Assembly (NCBI GenBank): GCA_021613535.1 | Contig: CP075496.1 | Coordinates: forward strand, 12,648,001-12,712,000 | Source: Adineta vaga | Lineage: Eukaryota > Animalia > Rotifera | Direction of reading: 5' to 3' | Length of the DNA: 64,000 nt | In this document: positions 41,859-54,093 of the stretch, piece by piece | How positions within the stretch are numbered: the first letter of the stretch is position 1 | Layout: the number at the start of each line of letters is the position of its first letter | The notes under the pieces: generated by a model | The model's database searches: none | What the model was told of the DNA's origin: nothing | What the model saw: only the letters and a program-made list of their open reading frames with translations | Position numbers and translations under genes: made by a program

Positions 41859-42784
41859 ATGGATATGGAAGATGGAATTCCACGACGACAACCTCTTTTA
41901 CGTACTCAATCAGCTCAACAAGTACATAAATTAGTGAAAAAATCATCGTCATCCTCAGGAAAACAAAATCCATCGATTTCGAACTATCTTGCCAGTCGAT
42001 CATGTGATGATTTGAATATCAATCATCAAAATAAAGGTTTAGTTGATCTAACAGTACCTGCATGTAATTCAACAATGAAAATACTTGATCAAATGGAGAA
42101 TTTAAAATTTGAACAATTTCAACCTGTTTTAACAACAACCCATATGGAACAGATCAATGAACAAGTAAGCAAAAGCTTTTTTTTTAGAAATGAATTCGTT
42201 TCTTTTTTTCAAATTGTATATTTAGGCATATAAAAAATTAAATTATTCTAATGAACGAATTTATAGAGGTTTAATTGATCTTGAACCGAATGCAGAAGAA
42301 CTTATTGTAGCAGCTGAACAACAAGAAATACAAAAACGAAAACAAGCAGCAAAATTTCTCGTAAGTTATGAGATAAAAATAGATGCGAAACTTGTCCATG
42401 GTCTTAATTGACAATATTAATGTACCTAATTTTACAGTTATTAAATCAGTCATTTTCTTTTAATAGAAGTGTTAGAAATGTCCTCAGATTATTTCTCTCA
42501 TTTGTGTTTTTCATATATCGAGTATCCAACTGTGTAATTATTGATCGATATCAATTAGATCGAACGAAGAATGTTTGAACTTTTTTCTTTAGGAAGAATA
42601 TCAAGTCTTACAAAAGAAACGTGTTAAACCTGATATAATGGAATTATTTGATGAATCAACTATGATTAAACAAACAACACGTATTAATTTAAAACCATTG
42701 AAAGCCATGAAAATGAAAGCTAAACAAGCAACAAATTTTTCAATTAATAGTTTAAATCAAGCACAAATATCATGGAAAATTTGA
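41859..42784 (+). CDS. PPP1R35: PPP1R35-like centriolar protein
   Basis: Spliced product PACNSTMKI..EQAYKKLNYSNERIYRGLIDLEPNAEELI..KPDIMELFD..INLKPL..SWKI resembles the PPP1R35 C-terminal domain (LNVP...LFRDLVSL, PDM, terminal W). Confidence 0.7.
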
Positions 42785-42938
42785 TTGAGTTTTGTATCTC
42801 TTTTTTCTTCTCATTTTGTGTGTGTGTGTGTGTAACGAAATGTTGTTTGTTTGTTTTTGTAATGAGTATCTTTAAGAATGAATGAATGAATGAAAAATCC
42901 TTTCTGATATAAATATAATACTTCAGATAAGATCTTTC

Positions 42939-44313
42939 ATGGGAACGAATGATGATATACCAACACTGATTGTAAGTGTTCATGATCTGTTTACTTTCAT
43001 TTTTTTCAAATAAACATTTCAATATATCTCTAGGTTCTTGTCTTGGGTGATTCTAGTAAGATTGATCTTCATTGATATATCTTGATTTTGATTGATTTCC
43101 AACTAATAGGTGTAGGCAAGACATCATTTGTGCACATGGTTTGCCATGATCAACCATTATCAACACCACCACCTGTCACTGTGGGTTGTCATATTGAAAT
43201 CAAGGTTCGATATTTGTGATGCGTATTAATATATATATAATTTTCAAATAACTGGTTCAATAGTCAAGATTGAATATTGACCTTTTTTTTCTTGCTTTAA
43301 TATGACTTATTAATCTGATGAAAGACCTTGTTGATTATTGATTGATAGTCTTCATACGATTTCTAATTGAATTTGACATTGATGTTTAATAATTTCTAAC
43401 TATGAACAAATCGAAGGCAAAATATGACTCTTGGTTTCTTTTGTGTTTAGTTATATGAACGACGAGATCGACATCAGAATCCTAATCTGTATTTTATCGA
43501 ATTTCGAGATGTTGGTGGAAGTGTTCAACATAAAAATAGTCGGTCATCGATGTTTTACGATGAATTCAATGGTATTAGAAAAGAACACACAGAAGAAAAC
43601 AAAAATCAGTTTTTGGCTTTTTCATTTAGGAATTATTCTTGTTTCGGATTTAACTAGTCGTCAATCGTATGATAATCTCAAGGAATGGCTTTATGAAGTT
43701 ATTCAATATCGATCTCAACAGAAACTGTAAGAAAATTTTCAAAGAAAAAAAAACAATGATGATAAATCTTTGATTTTTAGTCCAAAAGAATTCACACCTG
43801 AAGTTCTACAAAATTTCGATGTACCAATTCTGTTAATTCATACGAAATTTGATGAATCTAATGGAACATCTATACTGAATAATAGTAAATCAACACATTC
43901 TGATTTATCATCAGCAAATAGTTTATTACCAAATTATAATCGAAAATCTTCGTTAGCTAATCTATTCAACTGTGATGAAATCTTTGTTGTAAGAGAATAT
44001 TCTTTTCTCGAGAAAAATGAAATTTATTAGATATTTCTTTCATATAGAATTGTTATTCGAATAAACGCTTTTCAGTTGATACACATAATGTTGCTAAATT
44101 AAATTCATTTTTCGAAAAGGTACACTTTTAAGGCGTTTCTTTTCCAGCAACCAATTTCTCTTTTATTTATTATTTAGATGATTAAAAAAGTATCAGTCGA
44201 ACAAATTGAACTAGTAAGATTTGAATTTGGTATTCATTGATTCATTTATCTATCTTTCTTTCTAGAATCCACAATTCAATTGGTTAACTTCAGAAGATCA
44301 TTATATTCATTAA
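42939..44313 (+). CDS. RABL3: Rab-like protein 3
   Basis: VLVLGDSSVGKTS, TVGCHIEIK, YFIEFRDVGGS, GIILVSDLTSRQSYDNLKEWLYE, PILLIHTKFD; no CAAX. Confidence 0.85.
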
Positions 44314-44633
44314 CTGTTGTAATCATTCTTTGTTTGTTTTTCTCTTGAAATTATCAGTAATATAACAAAGAACAAATCTAAACATGTACTTGAATAATTC
44401 GATGGAATCAATAAATAACTATCGATTTTTTGTTAGAATATTGTTTTCAAATAATAGACTTATTCACTTTCAATCTATAAGTTAAAACGAAACGATGATA
44501 TTTGCGAAACAAAATAACGAAATTTCTACGATAAGGGTTTTTTTTCTTGTTTGTAAACATGTGTTAAAAAGAAATAAAAAATCACATAATTCAATCAGTC
44601 TTTTTATTTTGTCTTTGTTGCCATAGAATTTTC

Positions 44634-46628
44634 CTATTGAAGCAATAATGCAACCTAAAAGAACCAGAAGGTAAAATAGTCTTTTTGTTTTTTCATTCAA
44701 ACCTTTTCAGGATTCATTTGTGGACATTTCCAGTTGTAAATATAATATTGAAGATTTCCGTCACCAACACCAAATTTCAATTTTTCTAAAAAGTCTTTAT
44801 TATCCATTAAATCAAGTGCATTGAACACATCAAAATCATTCTTAATAAATAGAATATCAATTCTAGATTTAGTCAATATATATCAATCGTCTTTTGACTT
44901 ACCTTAAGTGCTTGAACAAGACAATCGTTGACAAGATCACAAAGTGGTGTACGACTTGCTGCATGATAATACATATAACATGCATTTAACGTTTTATATT
45001 GCGGATGATTCATAATGGTTGATGATAAATGATAATACGAAATAAAATCAGTGATTTCACCATCTTCTTGCTGAAAAACAAACGGAAAATGTTTGTTGAA
45101 GAAAAGATAATCTTTTCGTTTAACATACTTCAACAACAAATGAACTAACAATATTTGGTCGATTTTGACAAAGATATTCGAATTCTTCTTGCGTAAAAAC
45201 AGGTGATAAGTCGAATTTTTTTAAATACTAAACAAATAAATCATCAGAGAACCAATAAAATATTGATATTTACTTGACTAAGTAAAGCAAATGCTCGTGG
45301 GACATCAGTATCACGCATTTCTCGAAAACCTTTGATTTGTGTTGTCTATAAATTCATCATAAATAAAAATATAATTCTTCTATTACGAAAAAAAAACAAA
45401 CAAATTACATCCGGTAGTCGATATAACTTTTGCATTCTTTGTACTGTCATATTTCTGCCTAGATGAGAAAATTTCACTGCCAATAATTTTTTGACATTTA
45501 ATGAACGATGCCAATATCTATGAAAAGAAGAAGTTCATTAGGAAATCGTTTCTGATTAAGAATGGAATTAGAATACACACCTACATTTGCTGACAATACC
45601 AGGTAGAACAACACCAGCTGTATAGACAGCTTGAAAGATTCCTTCCAAATTCACACGACGAGTGATTTCTTTGATTAGAACAGGTGCCATACGTTTTAAA
45701 CGTAATTTTTTATGAACACATAAAAAGTTAATTTCAACCATAGGAACTTCTCTATTCAATACAATGAAGACAAATTAATCAACACATCAAATTCTCTTCT
45801 TACTTTTCATAAACTTTCATTCTAATAGGAACAGCACTTATAAATCCAACCATTTTACGACTTTTTGTTACCCGTACGGCTGCATGCCATTTTCGAATCC
45901 ATCCTGGTGCACATAAAGCCCTACAATACAAATTGAATATATATTAATTATCTTCGTTTTGCTGTTATTGATAATATTACCAACGTAAAAATGGCATTGA
46001 ATAATCGAAACGAAACATATTATCATCATCTTCGACATAATTCTCATTTAAAAGAACATACAATTCTTTCAACTAAAAAAGCAAGGGTGTTAGCTAACAA
46101 TCGATTGTCTTCTTTATCTTACTTGTTCTTCATCGAGCACATCAATGTCATCCCATGAAAATCCATCAGGTAATTTATATGGATCTTGTTTCAATTCTTC
46201 GAGCGGTTTATTTTCTTCCACAGGTCCATTATTTTCCGATGCTATCTTCGTACCAATCGTTGGTACTGGTTGTGTATGCCAAAATTTCCATTCTTGTCTT
46301 GAAGCAGCTTCTTCATCCGATTTCGGTGCACTTCGATTACTAGCCGCCGCCGAAGCTTGTTCAGCTAAAGCGATTTTCTTCAACATTTCTTGCACCGATT
46401 CCATTGAAGGAACCTATTTCGAACAGAAAAGAAAATAGACAACAACTAAACTTGTTTTCCTACAGTATTTTGATCGGTAGTTGTTGAACTATTGCCATCG
46501 GTGGTATCAGCTGTTGCTGTCTCGACTTTATTTTTGGATTTTTTACTTGTTGATTTGGCTGTTGTTGAACTAGCTGTTGTTTCTGTTTGATTGACCTCTT
46601 TTGGTGTAGCTTGATCTTGATCGGCCAT
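44634..46628 (-). CDS. NMT1: Glycylpeptide N-myristoyltransferase
   Basis: [71 protein letters not shown]-terminus VALLLQ*. Confidence 0.96.
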
Positions 46629-47016
46629 AATTGTTTTTCTCTATTGATCTGAAAGAAAACGGGAATGATAGTAAATGAGTGAGTGAGCTGAATAGTAACG
46701 GAAGACCTTCGATAACGAATACGAACAAAGATTTATATGACTAATCAATAAAGCAAAAAGTAAGGAAGAAAATTGATATTATTCATGGAAAGACTTCTAA
46801 TAAAATAAGAATTTTATTCCTTAGAGATAGTATATGTGTCTAGAGGACGCTCTATTGCTCTTTCAAAGAGGTTTTATTTGAAAGGAATTTGATTCGTTAA
46901 GAACTAACGAATGAAGAAGAAGAGAAATTTTGATCTTTCACAAGATCTGATCTGAACTGAAAATCTCTTTCAAATTAACAAGAAGCAAAGAACGAGAGAG
47001 AGAGAGAGATTAAAGG

Positions 47017-47563
47017 ATGAAACTTGTTCGATTTCTAATGAAATTAACACATGAAACTGTAACAATAACACTTAAGAATGGTTCAGATGTTAGTGGAACA
47101 GTAACTAGTGTCGATATGTCAATGAATGTACATTTAAAAACAGCTAAATTAACATTAAAAAATGGAGAAAAGATCCCATTGGATTATATCACTATTCGAG
47201 GTTGATTTTGATCTTCTTTTCTTTTAGTAAATTAGATCAAGACATTTATATTTCTTTTTCTATAGGTAACAATATTCGATATGTTATTTTGCCAGATAGT
47301 CTTCCACTAGATACATTACTGGTAGATGATGCACTGAAAGTAAAATTGAAACGTGAACGAACTGGTTTGTATTATTGATTTTAATCATTACGTTAAAACT
47401 ATTCTTTGATTTATTTGTTTAGGTCAAGTTGGATTGGGTAGTAGAGGTATAGAATATTGTTTTCTCACAAATGAGTTCTTTTTCATGTATTTTAGGACGA
47501 GGAAGAGGTCGTGGTCGTGGCCGAGGTCGAAGTAATTTTACTGGCAAAGATCGTGGCCGTTAA
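47017..47563 (+). CDS. SNRPD1: Small nuclear ribonucleoprotein Sm D1
   Basis: [43 protein letters not shown] plus RG-repeat tail; includes a 24-nt microexon at 47423-47446. Confidence 0.96.
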
Positions 47564-48006
47564 ATTCTCTGAAATGATAATCAAATTAATAATAATAATG
47601 CCTATTTTTACTTTGTTTTGTTAAATAAAACTAAACTCGATTGTTTCTTGTTGTATCCTTTTCTACAATTGGTTCGATGATAAGTTGATCTTATTGTCTC
47701 TGTTGTAATATATATATATCGTGATATATAATTAAATGAAGAGAAGAGTACATAGGTCATCAGAGAAAGAGAAAGAGAAAATAATGTTTTGTTCAAAGAA
47801 GGATAAGCAAAAAACGGATTCACATGAGTGAGCATAGCGAAAATAATAGTTAGGTATTGTGATCAGCCATCCCTTCTTCTATGAAAACGAATATGATTGA
47901 GACGAAAGGACAAATCTATTTTGTTGGTAATATTCTTCCTATCTAAAACACATTTTATATGAAAACAGTGATTATTTTATTCGATATATTTTTATTTATC
48001 ATAAAA

Positions 48007-49173
48007 TTAAATTTGTAGAGCATTAGTGATTAATGAATCATAGAGTTCATTGTAGGAAATCAAACCATCTTGATTCTTATCAATTTCTGACATAATATGA
48101 TACAATTCATCGTCTTCCTTAAGACGAATATGAAATTTTTCCAACAGTTGATTAAATTGATATTTTGTCAGATAATTTTGACGATCTTTATCAAATTTGT
48201 TGAACATTCGATAGACACTACCATAATTTGATATACACTAAAAAAGAAACAATCAATTAAAACTTTATTCTATGTTTAAATTTACATTTGAACGTATTCG
48301 ATTGAGAATACAATCGATTGTAACAGGTAATGATGTCCACAATTGCTGAAATAGTTTTTGGATAAAAACAAACAATGTCTGTTATTTTCATCAGTTTTTC
48401 TTACTTTGGATTGAATAGTATGTGTTGAACGAGAATAAACAGATGTTTGAGAAGTTGATTGATTTGTAAAATATTGCATAAAATCAAAATAATGAAATTG
48501 TCCATTTTTCTTCGGTGAAAAAAGTAAAACAAGTTCATATTGTTGTTTATCATTCAAAGGAAAAGCATAATTTCTTATTAAATTCTAAAAATAAAACAGA
48601 ACAAATGATAATCATAACAAATATTTTCATGATTCGAAGTGAAAAGAATTCAATCAAATGCGAATACATACAATAGCTTGATCAATGGTAATAAACAATC
48701 GACCATGACGATCCAACATACTAAAACAAAACAATATCTTCTTATCTATTAGAATAAAGGAATTTCATTACAAAAAGTCGTTTTTTAAATTTTGCCAATT
48801 TTGTTTAACTGTATGACAAATCCGTGTGATATAGTTTAATAGTTGACATTCATTCCTCGGTAATGGTGCGAAATGTTGAAGAAATGTTTGATAGGTAATA
48901 CCATTATGATCTGGTTGACATAAATTCCATAAAGATTCGAGATAAGTATCATTAATTAAAAGATTTGAACTACTAATCATTAAAAACGATACTGATTCAT
49001 TGTATAGAAATCTGTTTGAAAAATTACCTTCGTAAAATACATTCAAATGTTTGCTTATCAATAGAATCTTTGGTTTGATAATATTGATAAATAATCGATG
49101 GATGATTTACAAAATATTTTCGTAAGTCATCTTTTATTTTCTTCATGAATACATCCTCAGTCTTCATATTCAT
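48007..49173 (-). CDS. Multi-EF-hand protein (~300 aa), resembling part of EFCAB6
   Basis: FNKFDKDRQNYLTKYQF, EIDKNQDGLISYNEL, NGQFHYFDFMQYF, WQNLKNDF; multi-exon. Confidence 0.7.
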
Positions 49174-49370
49174 CGTTAAAACTGATTTCTTTTTTCTATC
49201 TTATTTATTATTACCGCTTGAAGTTGTCTTTGTTTTTTTTTCTTCTTAGTAACGTGTTAAAACGTTTATTATTCTCATTAAATATACAAGCAAAGAATCA
49301 TTAATTATATTTGAAAAATAATCAGTAGAAGAAAGAAAAACGTTTAAAATCTTTTTCTTAGTTCTTAATT

Positions 49371-50352
49371 TTATAAATGAGCAGGTGTACGATTACAATT
49401 TCGTATACTTTGTTCATCATCTGAAGATTCAATATGAACAGCATTTCGATCTCGACATAATCCCGTTAAATTTCTTAAATTATTCAAACGAAATCTTAAT
49501 AAATAAGCATGATTAGTTGCATGATGTGGTTCCGGATCGAGATAGAATGGTAAATATGTTTGACATCGCCATCCACATCTCTCATACAATTCCACTGCAA
49601 CTGTATTCATTGTATTCACATGCATTGTTATATAATGAATTCCATTTTTTTGTTCAATTAATGAACGTTCTACAATTTGTTGTAATAAACGTGTCGCTAA
49701 ACCTTGTCGTCGATGTTCTTTTCTTGTTGCCATATAACAAACATATATACTATCAAGCGAAGTCGTTTTTCGTGTTAATATTGTCATTGCACTAACGTTT
49801 AAAGTAACTGATGTCGCATTATTAGGAATAAAAGCATAGGCGATGCCATGATTTTGCAGACAGTTAATAATTGAAAACCAAAATTTTGCTTTAGGCATTT
49901 CAAATAATTCACGCAATGTTTCATCAAAGAAAAGCCAACGAGAATGAAGATCATAACTTCGATTTGAAGTTAATAATAAATCAATTTCATAGAATCGATA
50001 GAAATCTTTATAATCATTTCCAATCCGAATAAATTTTATATTTGATGCTCGATCATACAAAATTGATTTTGATGACATTCTAATTTTTTTATATGAAATC
50101 TAATTTGGAAAGATCAAATCATAAAACTTACTTTAATGTACGTGGACAACAGATATAATGTTCATTACAATAACCTAATTTATTCGCACATGATCGACCG
50201 GGTGTCGAACAATGTATCGTAAATGAAAGAGTGGATACATCAAATGTATGTATAGCTTGTCGACCATTAGGACATCGAATAGTCAAATTATTAAAAGCAT
50301 GATAAATACTAATTGTTGATAGTAATAAGAGAAGATAAAACCATTGAAACAT
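49371..50352 (-). CDS. Signal peptide + Cys-rich WR1/Lustrin-like module + GNAT (RimI/Ard1-like) acetyltransferase
   Basis: Exon 1 MFQWFYLLLLLSTISIYHA-...CPNG..C..C..GYC..CCP joins in frame through a 52-nt intron (50131-50080) to a GNAT with motif A RKEHRRQGLATRLL and HVNTMNTVAVELYERCGW. Confidence 0.8.
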
Positions 50353-50643
50353 CGTTTTCTTTTTATAAAATGATTCGAATTTAACTCGTATTATTTGTAC
50401 CGAATGAGAGAAATAGAAACGAATGATTATTACAAATGTGAGCTTTAGAGATAAGGGTATATATATATATATATAACTTTTGTCTAATTCAAGAAGACAT
50501 CGTGTGCACTTTTTCGCTCGTTTCTTCCATATATATATATATTTGTTTACAAACATCTTCCAATGAAAGAAAGGAATAAATAATTCCATTATCTTCATAG
50601 TTTTATCTTTCTGTACTTGAAAAACAACGAATAATTAAAATCA

Positions 50644-51614
50644 ATGGATCAAATTGACTACACTTCGAGACACAATGATGATTTATCATTACAATATGCA
50701 CAGAATTGTAAGATGTTAGATAAAAACATTTTCTAATCATTTGTTTATGATAATATTTAGATATAAATCGATTTCATCAACAAAATAATGAAGATAATAT
50801 TCCATCAAATCTTGAACAGGAAGAAAATGATCAAAGTTCAACATCGTTTATATATAAAAAACGAGTACGAACAAAGTTTACTCAAGACCAAGTATTTAAA
50901 AACAAAAAGGAAATCATCATTGTTCAGAAAGTTCTATTTCTATTTCTATTTCTATTTAGTTGGATGTACTTGAATCTACTTTTCAAGACCATCGTTATCC
51001 AAGTGTTAGCATTGTAGATGATCTTGTTGAACAACTTAATTTATCAACACAAAAAATAACAGTAGAAATATAAATAAAACGAGATTAATTTCCTTGCATC
51101 TTTCTTCATATTTAGGTTTGGTTTCAAAATCGTCGAGCACGTTTGAAAAAATCTCAACAAAAACTGGAAAAAAATGATCAAAAACAATACGATAGTGGAA
51201 TTCATCTAGTAAAATCATATCTAAGGATCATCATTTTTCTATCGATATTTTGTTAATCATCATCTAGGATGAAGATATCTCACATGAATCTTCCGTCAGT
51301 CCTCCAATGAATCCATTACCACAATTACCATCTCCACCAACAACACTTATGACTGCTCCTTCTTCTTCGTACTACTTACCAAACTCACACCTTCCATTTT
51401 ACAATCCAATGTGGTCAAATTTCCAGTAAGAATAATTAGAAAATCGATTTTTTTTTCTTTTTCTTCAATTTTTAGTTATCCATTGTCGGCACCTTCATTA
51501 CCATCGTCAATGAATTTCATGCATTATAATCCATCTGATCTGCCACCACCATTCGTTTTTCAAGATGTAAGTAATTATCAATATCATCATGGTAATTTTC
51601 ATGATGAACTCTAA
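50644..51614 (+). CDS. Divergent PRD-class (Q50) homeobox protein
   Basis: Spliced homeodomain KKRVRTKFTQDQLDVLESTFQDHRYPSVSIVDDLVEQLNLSTQKITVWFQNRRARLKK, with an intron before VWFQN (typical PRD position); Pro/Ser-rich tail. Confidence 0.88.
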
Positions 51615-52597
51615 AAATATCAATTGTTAAAATAATTCTGTTTTCTTTTTTGTTGGTTTACTTATTTATTATGAAATAAAACTTATTTGTACTTATATAA
51701 TTTCATCACAAAATACTTAGACATCCTATCTATAAAATCTTCTTACCTGTTTGGGCATGCTAAGTGGATGATTGGGTCGAAATAGTTATTCAATGTTTAA
51801 GTAATTATATTACACACCCACATATTCATCTTATTATCAGATTTACAATTGTACCGAAAGGAAATGGACTTTTTATATAAATAGTAGAAGTATTTAGGGG
51901 TAAATTATATATGGATTTTTCTACTGTTGATATCAGAATGCATTGACTCATGATTATTGTTTCGATCTTTCTTGGTAAAAAAAAGGTAAGGTGAGTATAA
52001 TCAATGAATGTCATGAACGAATCTGTCGAAATCATTTTAATAGTTTATCTGATGAATGAAATAATTCAATAATAATAATAATAATAATTCGATTAATTAT
52101 TAAGAAAAAGAAATCCTCTTATATATAGAAAAAGTACTCAAAGAAAAGTCTTAATAATAGTAAGTTTATGTATTAAATTCAATGTCATATTGAAGCCTAA
52201 CAATTATTAATCATCGTAAAACGTAGACAATGAACCATTAGCAGACGTATATTTTCAAAAGATACTTGAACATGCGAAGTTTTCTCTGAAGAACTTCTTC
52301 TTTCTTTCTTTCTTTTTTTCTCGTTTGTTTGAATAATAATTTTTCTTGCTTTTGAAATAAATTAATAAGATCTACACTCTTTTTCTTTTCTATTGATTTC
52401 TTTCGACAACAGTTTGTGTTCATAAATAATAAATATCATTTCTTATTCAATGAATCTGCCACTTGACATCAATGATTTTCTTCTCATTTAATATTTATAA
52501 TTCCTTGTAAGATTTCTCTCGTAACTTAGAGCTAATATTGAACAAAATACATGAATTATTTATCTTTTATAGACATGTAAACATTTCTGTTTCATAT

Positions 52598-54093
52598 TTA
52601 AAGTTCACATTCAATAGCATCAACTGCTTGAAGAGTATTTTGATTCTTGTTATTTGTTCGAACGATAGATAATTTCGAATCTTTATCATTAGCAAAGAGA
52701 CCAGTTCCACGATGAAATTTTGCTTTTTCACTTCGCGTTCTCATTCGACTTAGACAAGTTGATTTGATTGGTTTGACTAAATAACAACCTAAACAAAAAA
52801 AAAAAGAAATGAAAAGTCGAGGTAGAACTTCCTGAGTTACCGTAGATCAATGGATCTAGAACGGAATTTGACACAGCAAGCATCATGACAATCAAAAGCG
52901 AACGTTCGTCTCGTGATGGTTGATCATTTCTAGACGTATTATTAGATGTGATTAGAGTAGAATTTGCCATAACTTGCGGTAAATTTTCATGATTCATTCC
53001 ATCATCAGTTATAAGAAGAAAGAAAACAATACAATAATACGGCGTCCAACAGAGAATAAAACAAATAACTAAGATCAAAATAAGAAGAAAAATATAAATT
53101 AAAACAGAAAATCTTACCGATCAATGCAGTTAATTTTAATGTTTTCAATTTCGCTCGTGTTATTGCTTTCATATTATGTGAATTCATATCTTCTTGTACA
53201 AGAGATTGTCCGACTGTTCTATCGATTCCATTTTTGTTTTTATCCGAATTGGAACTTTTTTTATGATTCGATTTAACTGAATAATTCGATTGATAACCAT
53301 CATAACTTCGTCGACTATCGCGTTGACTATTAACAAAACGAAATGTTCGTCGATCACAACGTCTTTGTAAAACATATAAAATACGAAAATATGAATAGAA
53401 AATGACGATCAATGGTCCAATATATGCAAATATCGTCACAGCTATATTATAAGCTAATCGTTTCGTTAAATCCGAGGAAAGTGTATCTCCACACATTTCA
53501 CGACAAATTTCTTCATTAACTAATCGTTTGAAAATAATCAACTATATATAATCAAAATGTAATATTAAAAAAACAACAAAAGATTCATTTACATTGTTAA
53601 CACTTACCTGTGGTATACATGCAATAGCTGATATTAACCATGAACCAACAACAAATAATTTATTACGAATATTCGATTGATAGACGGTTAATGGATGTAC
53701 AATGGCAAGATAACGATCAATCGATATACCGATAATTGTACATGATGAAACATAGATTCCAAGACCTTTAAGTGCTGCAAGTATTTTACAAATTTCATCA
53801 TTATGCCAACGACCAATAGTATAAGCATAGATTTCACTAGGAATATACACAAGTGTAACAAAGAGATCAGCAGCACATAGATTTAATAAAAGTATATGAT
53901 CGCGAAAACGACGACGAGAATAATGAAATAATTTGAAAAGTACTCGTAGATTAGCGGTCAATGCAAGAATAAATAAGAAAAGATAACCAAGTGCTAACCA
54001 TTGATAGAAAGGTCCATCGGGTCCACGTGATTCAAGTTTTTTACAAGTACTTTCATATGAATGAGATGTATTATCTAACATTACTAACGTCAT
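52598..54093 (-). CDS. Rhodopsin-class peptide GPCR, GnRH/AKH/corazonin-receptor-like
   Basis: NLCAADL, ISIDRYLAIVHPL, IPQ, ITRAKLKTLKLT, FILCWTPYY, NSVLDPLIYG; four exons; ends ECEL*. Confidence 0.88.

Noticed and set aside
49174-49370. GNAT to EF-hand gene as another operon (197-nt gap)
   Set aside because: No pyrimidine-tract acceptor before the ATG, and an X-box-like half site suggests its own promoter.
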